Below are positions 24,901 through 35,200 of a DNA stretch of 64,000 bases, piece after piece. Positions within the stretch are counted from its first letter, which is position 1. Each line of letters begins with the position of its first letter. The notes beneath the pieces were generated by a model that was not told where the DNA came from, made no database searches, and saw only the letters and a program-made list of their open reading frames with translations. The translations under genes were made by a program, and so were the position numbers. The stretch is from Haliotis rubra (lineage: Eukaryota): assembly GCF_003918875.1 (NCBI RefSeq), contig NW_025765903.1, positions 186,001 to 250,000 of the forward strand, given 5' to 3'.

Positions 24901-27900
24901 CTCAGTTGCTGAAGTTCAGCGGAGACCATCAGTATCGCCATGGCAACTTTGCATCAGCAGCTGAGATGTATGCCAAGTCCATCAGTAAGTGATGTATCTG
25001 TGAGAGTGCTGTGATCTGTTGAATGTTGCATATTGCCGGTTTCCTGTGATCTGTCAAATTTTCTGTGTTGCCAGTTTGCTGTGCTCAGATTTTCCTTTTT
25101 TCCTGTAATCTGTCTATTGTTCCATGGCCAGAATTCCTCTCTTTTTTTAATGTTTCATGCCAGGTTTCCTGCTATTGTTTTATTCTTATCTTCTGTGTAA
25201 TCAGATTTCCCTTTTGTCTGTATAATGTTTCCATGGTGTTCTGTGTTCTTTCTAATGTTCCTGGTTGTTCTGTGACAGAGGTACTGCCTGGACACGCACA
25301 GGCGACCAGACTTGACCTCCACCAGTCCTTGGCAAGATGCTGTCTGAGACTGGGGCGAGTACAGGAGGCTGCAGACACCGCACAATACTTGGTGGGTGTC
25401 TGGTGGGGCAGAGGGTATCTCGTAGGGCGGCTGGTGGGGCAGAGGGTATCTCGTAGGGTGGCTGGTGGGGCAGAGGGTATCTCGTAGGGCGGCTGGTGTG
25501 GCAGAGGGTATCTCGTAGGGTGGCTGGTGGGCCAGAGGGTATCTCGTAGGGGTGGATGGTGTGGCAGAGGGTATCTCGTAGGGTGGCTGGTGGGGCAGAG
25601 GGTATCTCGTAGAGTGGCTGGTGTGGCATAGGGTATCTCGTAGGGTGGCTGGTGGGGCAGAGGGTATCTCGGAGGGTGGCTGGTGTGGCATAGGGTATCT
25701 CGTAGAGTGGCTGGTGGGGCAGAGGGTATCTCGTAGGGAGGCTGCAGGGACAGAGGGTATCTCGTGGCTGGTGGGGCAGAGGGTATCTCGGAGGGTGGCT
25801 GGTGGGGCAGAGGGTATCTCTTAGGGTGGCTGGTGGGCCAGAGGGTATCTCGTAGGGAGGCTGCAGGGACAGAGGGTATCACAGCTTCCTCATGTCAGAT
25901 CTTCAGCAGGGATTAGGGATATGCAGTGGGAATGTTTCTTATTCAGATCATTGAACATACAGAGATTTTTTCTTTTTCAAAACTTAAATTGTCAAGTTGC
26001 TGACTGAACGTTATTGTGGCCTGTTCTTATTGTATAGTGATGTACTGTCATTGAAAGACAGTGGCTTGGTGACTGAAAGGCAGTTAATGAAGTTGAGATA
26101 ATATGTTTATCGATTATCAAGTAATATCAGTTGCAACTACTTTTACACAACTCATTGCCAGCTAGTCATATGTCATTGAAAAACATGGCAATTCTGTCCA
26201 GACATCAGAGCATTCCATGGAGGAAATCTCATCACAATGTGGTTGAAATATTTCTGTTGTGACATTCCATTTTAATTCACTCACGTACTCACACTGTAAT
26301 AAGTACAGACTATTGAAAATTGAGTGGTTACCACAGGTGTCATTGTGTGGGAGAGAATTATTGCTCATGCTGTCAACCTCTGGTTGTCTGGATTAAACAT
26401 AATCGTACAAAGTCTACTGATGTATCTGGAATACATTGTATTGCTGTTCCTTAAAACATTCACTTTCTGAGTTACTTGCCACTGCTGACCTACAATTGCT
26501 TACAAGACCTGGGAAGATCCAGGTTAGAATATATCTTCAGTAACCAATGCTTGTCGTAAGACCCATGAAGATCCGTGTTAGAATTGATCTTTAGTAACCC
26601 ATGCTTGTCGTAAGACCCATGAAGATCCGTGTTAGAATTGATCTTCAGTAACCCATGCTTGTCGTAAGACCTATGAAGATCCGGGTTAGAATATATCTTC
26701 AGTAACCCATGCTTGTCGTAAGACCCATGAAGATCCGTGTTAGAATTGATCTTCAGTAACCAATGCTTGTCATAAGAGGCGACTAACGAGATCAGATGGT
26801 CAGACTTGCTGACTTGGCTGACACATCATCTCTTCGTATTCCAGTTGAGTAGGTTGATGCTCATGATGTTGATCACTGGATTGTCTGGTCCAGACTCGAT
26901 TATTTACATACCACCACCATACATGACACATATTCATGTTTCATGTACAGTTCTGTGAGTTCACATGCATGCACAATGATCTTTTGTAGGTGGACACAGC
27001 TCAGAATGTTGATCAGAAGAAACAGAGTTACATTCTTCAGTCTGAAGTTGCCATAGCAACAAAAGACTGGCAAAAGGCTGAGAGTTGTCTCCACTTCCTG
27101 ATTGGCCAACAGCCCCACTACACTCACTTCTGGCTACAACTTGCTCAGGTTTACCAACAGGAGGTGCTACGTGACGACCACCAAGACACGCCAGTTGTAA
27201 ATCCCACCGACCAGGGGACACTCAATGTCGGGGTGTGTGCTCGGATGAAGTTGATCACATGCTACCTCAGGACAAAGTGAGTTCTGTTCTTTGACAGGGA
27301 ATTTGGTATGTTATCTCTCAAGATGTTTGTCCATCAGAACCTGAATGCAAAATGATATTTGCATTTTGTTGTGATTTGTTGGACACCGCGATTTACCAAA
27401 CCATTGCTTACAATCCAAATGTTAGAAATGTGTGTGATATACTTCAATTTGAACAAATATGATTCATTACATTTACAAAGTTCTTGTGAACAAACATGGA
27501 TGATTCAGTGTCTATGGGAAATGATAATGCCAAATTGTTTCACATAGACAAAACAACAACTTGAATTGACATACATATGTCATTAGTCCAATGTACAGGA
27601 TTTACAAGCTTGGTTGACATCAGTATGACAAATTGTCCGTGTAAGTCGGTCTGTGTCAAAGATTGTGAAAAACTAGTAAAATAATACTCTCGGTGAGAAT
27701 TATTCCCATGGCACAAGTTAACTTGAAATTCTTTCCACAACATTTTGCACTGGCAATTTTATGCATGGAACTAATTTCATGTGGACCTGATCAGCTCCCA
27801 ACTATAATTATGATGTTTGGTAGACTGACATTGAAGTGGACATGTTTGGTAGACTGACATTGAAGTGGACATGTTTGGTAGACTGACATTGAAGTGGACA

Positions 27901-29139
27901 TGTTTGGTAGACTGACATTGAAGTGGACATGTTTGGTAGACTGACATTGAAGTGGACATGTTTGGTAGACTGACATTGAAGTGGACATGTTTGGTAGACT
28001 GACATTGAAGTGGACATGTTTTGCAGACTGCTTCTTCAGAGTGTGCATCGTAGTGTGAGTGAGGTGATTCGTCAACGTGATCAAGTCCTTCTGCAGCAGG
28101 TACATATCAATCATCAAATAATGTCTCACACCCACATCTCTCTCACCCTACCCACTTCACTTTTCTCTCCCACTCTAACCCTTCTCCCTGACCCTACCCA
28201 CCTCTAACTGCCCAACCACCTCCACCACCCCCCTCCCAGAACACTTATCTCACAGTCTTACTTAATTTTGTTTGACAGAAGTTCATGATGTCTATGTTAC
28301 GTTGTAGGTTGTCAATGTACCTGATTGTCATTGTTTCAGGTTGTCAGTGTTGTAGGTTGTCAATGTTCCTGATAGGCATTGTTTCAGGTTGTCAGTGTTG
28401 TAGGTTGTTGATGTTGCTGGTTGTTGCAGATGGAGGAGAAGCTGCAGGAGCTAGCGGTTTCTGAGGAGATTATGGCACGGGGTTCAGAGGTAACACTTGA
28501 AAGCATATTATCACTAAAACATACCTCAATGACTTCAGCAAACACATTTATTCAGTTTCTTTCACATTTTCACAATAAATTGAATATATTTGTCTTGACA
28601 AGGAATTAAATACTGTGGAATGTTGCAGAACTGTTTCAGTGTAATACAGCGGTCCTCATATCCCCTCAGTTATTCACGATTATATATAGGAACAATACAG
28701 TTCTGGCGAAATCCTTAAATTTGACACTTATTGAACTGCAAGTCACAGCTGCTATATAAATAATAAATTTGTTTCAGTTTCTGGGGAGGGACATTCGCCT
28801 GGAGAATTGGGATGACAATGATGTGGAAAGCAACAATCTCTACAAAACATTCAAGGTAAGCAACTTATCACATATTGAGGGTGTACAGAGATAACTCAAA
28901 CCTGCAAAGGGAGACAACTCTACAAGGTCATTGATTGTTCTGGTGCGCACTCCATGTACATGATGTTGTATCAGCTTTTTACACAACAAATTCTAATACG
29001 TATATTAATTCTTCATGATCATCACTGTTTGTTATTGCAGCTTCCCGCAGGAGGTCGCGATGACTTCAACATCCGATGGTTTGCTTGGTCCTCAGTTACC
29101 TCCTCTTCCCAAAATGTCAACGTGAAGGTCAACACGTGA
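21958..29139 (+). CDS. C8orf76: C8orf76 homolog (TPR-like uncharacterised protein), about 316 aa, 8 coding exons
   Basis: Exons 21958-22062, 24849-24984, 25279-25391, 26990-27276, 28027-28099, 28430-28489, 28778-28855, 29041-29139, all GT-AG and phase-consistent (951 nt). Peptides FNAKVCFPL/WFETE, LLKFSGDHQYR, DLHQSLARCCLRLGR, HFWLQLAQVY, YLRTKLLLQ, FLGRDI and FNIRWF are colinear with human C8orf76 as recalled (YCAKLCEPQWFYEE, LKKFKGDLAYR, DVQEGQARCLAHLGR, FIRTRLLLQ, VMGEDI, FEDKWF). Probable non-coding first exon ending at 20924 (gaag|gtatga). Confidence 0.85.
22262..22566 (+). mobile_element. SINE family C, 5'-truncated
   Basis: Near-identical body and CACCT tail. Confidence 0.85.
22748..24472 (+). 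mobile_element. Helentron/HINE (DINE-1-like) non-autonomous element with an internal array of 9 units of about 173 bp
   Basis: 5' TTTTATCCCACCG..CGGTGGGATA palindrome, (GTCC)n microsatellite, tandem core repeats, 3' GGGGATAT subterminal repeat and hairpin GTCATC-ttct-GATGAC followed by a T-rich end. Confidence 0.85.
25400..25880. repeat. G-rich minisatellite, 31-bp unit CTGGTGGGGCAGAGGGTATCTCGTAGGGTGG (about 15 copies)
   Basis: Directly visible; starts 8 nt after the C8orf76 coding exon-3 donor. Confidence 0.95.
26507..26925 (+). mobile_element. Family A element with five tandem 54-bp heads
   Basis: Head units start at 26507, 26561, 26615, 26669 and 26723; the last continues into the element body. 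Confidence 0.9.
27813..28015. repeat. 7 perfect copies of 29-bp ATGTTTGGTAGACTGACATTGAAGTGGAC
   Basis: Directly visible; abuts the C8orf76 coding exon-5 acceptor. Confidence 0.97.
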
Positions 29140-29247
29140 CAACTCTTCCAAAAATGTCCAGGTCTCAGATTACATTCCACGTAATATTGACCTTCACCTT
29201 AGCTCTGCATCCACAGAGACCTTGGGTATCACATGACACCTGAATGT

Positions 29248-32200
29248 CTAGGTCATCTTGAGGCACACAATGGGGAAGCCGTCACCCTTGTGTCGACTGA
29301 CGAGGTCCAGCATGGTCTGCTTCTTGTGCAGCGCCCGCGAGGACTCCAGCTCATACAGAGTACACAAGTTGAAGAGGATGCCCTCATGAAGATTGTTGGC
29401 GGGGTCCCGGTGGACAAGGGACTCTAGGGTATTAAGGACGTCCTTAAGACGGCCCAGGTACAACGAGCACACCGCCATGTTGTTAACAGCCTGCACAGAT
29501 AAGGGAAATACATCATTAAAATACAATCATGCCTTGGTATTTAAGCCTCTTTTCATAATTGGATTGGTATTGGATAGGTATGGAGCTGACAAAGCCGCAC
29601 ATATTTATCAGGGCAAACCAATATTCAAACCCATGACAAAAGGTTTCTGGTGTGCCTAAGGGATGGTATACTGCATAGCAAATTGTGACTGGTGACTGCT
29701 CCCATATCTCACAAACCACTGTCACATCATCTGTTGCCATGAAATATCAACACCTGTTGACAAGAGTCTTAAACTTTTGTTGAAGTAATTCATGATAAAA
29801 GGCACAAAGTTTACATTCTCTTTTACAGACCATAATCTCATTGTAGCTGGAGATCTACTATATCAGTTGTCACAGGTATGACAGCAACCTCTGTTCTCAG
29901 TTCAAATAAATATATTGTATACCAACCCATGGTAACAGTTTTCACACTTACACATGTATTGAGTGGTTCCAACTGCACAGCCAACTTGAAAAGACCATAT
30001 GCCTCCGAGAAGTTGTTCTGACACATGGCTGCCAGACCCCTGATTGGAAACACAAACAGAGACATTTGGTATCATAACATATCTGTGTGTACATATGTTT
30101 CCATTTACAATTTAAGTAAAGTTAGTTTATATTGGGTGAAACGAGATTCTACGATGTTGTGTAACAGCTATCAAATTTATATTTTTGAAATGGCAAAATT
30201 GCAAGGAGCCGTTTTCTCAGTGTCAGTGTGTATGGTTTTACAAGACTTTTAGCAATATTCCAGGAATATCCCAGTAATGGACTCCCAAAATGGGATACAC
30301 ACATTGTACCCATGTTGGAAATCAACTCTGGTCCTCGGCATGATGAGCGCATGCTTCAAACACTATGCTGCCCACCACCCCCGTTTTCTCTTGAACACCT
30401 TGGAGTGACTAATCCTGCAGTACCTGTTGATGGAGTTCCTGCAGCTGGATGTATTGTCTCCCTTCTCAGAATCTGCTTCCAGCTGCTTGAATATTACCAG
30501 GGCATCAGGAACATTTCCCATCTGCAACAAAACACCAGATTATCACTTCTTTAGCCGGGGTAAAACACTTGCACATGGCAGGTGGGAACATATGGACAGC
30601 AACAGATGGCAAGGACTCGACAGTGCTGCAATTCTGTGCAGAGTGGTATCCCTTTGCTATGTCAGGATCTGTTAACCCTCAGGTGAGTGAGTTTAGTTAT
30701 ACGCCGCACTCGGCAACATTCCAGCTATATGGCGTCGGTCGGTGAATAATGGAGTGTGGAACAGACAATCCAGTGATCAACAGCATGAGCATCAATCTAA
30801 ACAACTGGGATACAATATTAACCCTCGGGCTGAATCATAGTGAGTGACTGAGTTTAGTTTAAACCGGCTTTTACTTTTAGCAGATTGTGTTTAATGGCTA
30901 ACTCCAGACAACCAGACCTGTGGCCAAGGCTGACAGAAAGACTGACTGACTGAGTATGGTTTTCGCGGCTTTCCAGCAACATCACAGCACACACCATAAA
31001 AGGCTTCACACATAGTACCCATGTGGGGAATCATACCCGGGTCCTCGGCGTGATGAGCGAACGGTTTAATCACTAGGCCACCCCATCACCCTGGCTGAAT
31101 CATAGATTTGCTCAGATAATGTTCTATGGTCCTTGGTAACACCATGTCCCTGTCAGGCTTGTGAATAACACTTGTAGCTGAATTCTAGGACCAGAGCAAC
31201 TTCTGGATTTTAGCTTTACACAAGGCTGACAAAAGGAAATTTCATCCACTCATCAACTGTAGAGGATGACAGCTTTATAATGCTTAATGGAGTTACAATT
31301 GTACTGCAATTTTTATCAACCATATCATCTTGTCATTAGTCATTGCAGAAGTCTGTGTGTTTGATAGTGACATTAACAGTATACTGAAATATGTTGTCCA
31401 GTATTTTGTTTGAAAACGATACAAGGATGTTTGAATTATTCAATCTAATACTGACATTCACAGAAACGTGAAAGTTAGCTTGTAGTTTCCCCTCTATCCA
31501 TGACTACAAAATGGCAGCAACTGACAATGCTGAGCAAGTCGTGCACAGATAATTTCTTGATAGCATGTCATCATATGCCATTTCATACTGCTCGCGACTA
31601 ACAGGATCGGGTGGTCAGGCTCCCAATTGCGGTTCCCAATTGCGTAGATCAATGCTCATGCTGTTGATCACTGGATTGTTTGGTCCAGACTCCATTATTT
31701 ACAGACCGCCGCCATATAGCTGGAATATTGCTAAGTGCAGCGTGAAACTAAACTCCTCACTCTCCTGCTCGCTACTTTCTCAAACAAAGAAATGCTACCT
31801 GAAGATATATTCGCCCGATCCCACTCCTCAGAGACTCCATGTGGTCCTTGACCTTCTCTTCCAGGGACTCGTAAACAGATAGAGCAGCTTCATAGTCCTG
31901 GGGAAAGTTTAGCATTCAAACTTAAAATCAAATCTCATTAAAATCAGATGTGACTGACTGACTACCACTTAAGATATGGGGACATCCTGTTACAGGTCAC
32001 GGCATAATGATGCTTCATCTGACTAATCAGAGCATTGCTTAAGAGATCAATACAGTGAGTCGGAATGTGTTTTCTTATAGTTTACACAGGGTATTCCAAA
32101 CAACTGTTACAGGCTGTACAATGAAATCCATCAACATTTGTGTCTCACACTTAAATAAACAAACATTTAAACAGATTAGACATTACATAGCTCATGGGAT

Positions 32201-35200
32201 ACACAGCCATACAATTTTGGCCATCTGTTCAGATATTCCAGATTGTTCTTTTGTTCAAATTTCAAATCTTTAATCAACAACTTTGTCAAAAAGGGTTACT
32301 TTGTCAAAAGGAATACTTTGGACGTAAACTTTGTGTATTGCTTCCTGGGTAGAGCCTCCTAATTACATGATAGGTGTAATGAAGAAACCTGTTTTCTACC
32401 TTCACAAACACCATGACACCAGCAATCTTGTACAAAGTCTGAACCTCTCGTTGTCGCCACAGTTCTACAGACTCTGCAACAAAAGAAACTATCATGTATA
32501 CTGGTAATCTGTATCTGTTACATAGTGAAACATCAGATCCTTAAGGCGGACTCACGCAGGTCGGTCTATCGACTCGATATGCTGAATTCATCCGTATCGT
32601 TTGAGTGAATAATCAATTCAACAAAGAGTACAAATCAGCATTTCAAACCTGCATTGATTGTATTGCGAGTGTTTAGAGTCCTGTTCAAATTGTGTTTTGG
32701 TGTCACGTGGTAAATGTTTACATACAAGCGCTAAACATGGCTTCTCTGCTTCAAAGAAATCACACCACAGGAGGGAAACACAGCGTCTCTCACTATCTGA
32801 GTTTTCACTATGGAGGAAGAATCCTATCTTTCATGGCTCTCTTTTTTTCCTTTGATTTCGTCTTCTTCACATAGTATCGCACATCCAACAACTGCTGCTG
32901 AGTCTGATTCATGGACAGTTTTATACCATGGAAACAAAATACTGCAAGATAGTATGAGATCGACACTATTATCTGATCGAATTGTGTGAGAGGTAGCTAA
33001 TCAATCAATCGATATTCGTTACAACCACTGAACAATGTATGGAAATTGGCAGGTCATTACAACATGCCGTGTGAATTATTGCTCTTTAGACACAGAATAC
33101 ATCTATATGTTAGCATCTGATTGCACTTGGGCACACCTTACATCTTCAGTTGCCTGTGAACACAGGGATTTTTTTTGGACTCCAAACTAAGAGACCATTG
33201 TGATCAAATTAGGAAAGAATTGTCTAAAAGTACAGTATTTAAAATTCTTAAGTTCATTGTCTTTTGTACCGATAAATATTAAATCTCACACAATCATTTC
33301 AGAACAATACATGAAATCATACTCATCTATTCATGGCCTTATTATCAGGAAAATATAAGACACCTTTAACACCTATAACATAAATTTTGAATTTCTTAAT
33401 TTGGGAGTATTTACTGAAATTAGCTGGAGCAGAATACAGGTTCCTGAGCAGGTGTTGATAAATCACTGGGACAACTGTTACAGATGAAAGTTATTTTTAA
33501 ATATAGGTGATGTTTGTATTAAATAAAACCAATGAAGCTGATCAATTTCTGTGTATGCTGTACTCACTTTTCCTGCTGTCAGCTGACATCTCCCACACAC
33601 TCCCATCCTCAGCCAGCCCGCTGTCCAGGTTACACAGCATCTAGCAACACAGAACACACTGTATATCCCACATGTCACAGCATATACAGCACACTAGCAA
33701 TGTCATATACAGAACACACAGTATATCCCACATGTCACAATATACAGCATCTAGCAACACAGAACACACCATATATCCCACATGTCACGATATACAGCAT
33801 CTAGCAACACAGAACACACCGTATATCCCACATGTCACGATATACAGCATCTAGCAACACAGAACACACTGTATATCCCACATGTCAACGAACACACTGT
33901 ATACAGCATATACAGCATCTAGCAACACAGAACACACTGTATATCACATGTCACGATATCCCACATGCATCTAGAAACATCTAGAACACAACACAGAACA
34001 CACTGTATATCCCACATGTCACGATATACAGCATCTAGCAACACAGAACACACTGTATATCCCACATGTCACGATATACAGCATCTAGTAATACAGAACA
34101 CACTGTATATCCCACATGTCACGATATACAGCATCTAGCAACACAGAACACACTGTATATCCCACATGTCACGATATACAGCATCTAGCAACACAGAACA
34201 CACTGTATATCCCATGTCACGATATACAGCATCTAGTAATACAGAACACACTATATCCCATATGTCACGATATACAGCATCTAGTAAGAACACAGTACAG
34301 AACACATCTAACAACACAGAACACACAGTATATCCCACATGTCACGATATACAGCATCTAGTAATACAGAACACACTGTATATCCCACATGTCACGATAT
34401 ACAGCATCTAGTAATGCAGCATCTAGTAATACAGAACACACCATATATCCCACATGTCACGATATACAGCATCTAGTTATACAGAACACACCATGTATAT
34501 CCCACATGTCACGATATACAGCATCTAGCAATACAGAACACACCGTATATCCAACATGTCACGATATACAGCATCTAGCAATATAGAACACACCATATAT
34601 CCCACATGTCACGATATACAGCATCTAGAAATACAAAACACACCGTATATCCAACATGTCATGATATACAGCATCTAGCAACATAGAACACACTGTATAT
34701 CCAACATGTCACGTTACACAGCATCTAGAAACATGTGTACACAGGGTATATCCCACATGTCACGATATACAGCATCTAGCAACATGTGTACACAGGGTAT
34801 ACTACACATGCCATATGTTATATGGCACAGTAATTTAATGTAAAACAATGTTATAATTGTATTTACAGATTTATAACATGCAGAATACACAGGATATACC
34901 AGATAACCTACTGGAAGAAAGACACATAATACAGAATACACACATTACAAGACACATATAGACACACAGGGGCGGGGCGCAACCAGGATTTTTTAGAAGG
35001 GGGCGGTGCACATAAATCATGAAGTCCAAAGGTTAGCGGGAAATGCTCCTCAGCGAAATTATTTTCAGGGGAAAAGGAGGGGTACCCCCCTCTGGATCTG
35101 CCCCTGGACACAGAATGCACAGAGTACGTAACACATAACACAAAGTACACAGTATGTAACACCACAGAATACACAAGCAACTACAACATTATTATTTCAT

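Noticed and set aside
25155-25882. Pro-rich ORFs on the minus strand
   Set aside because: Antisense translation of an intronic 31-bp minisatellite.
27813-28015. CRISPR-like appearance of the 29-bp repeats (also the 31-, 50- and 54-bp arrays)
   Set aside because: Units are contiguous with no unique spacers, there are no cas genes, and the context is eukaryotic intron.
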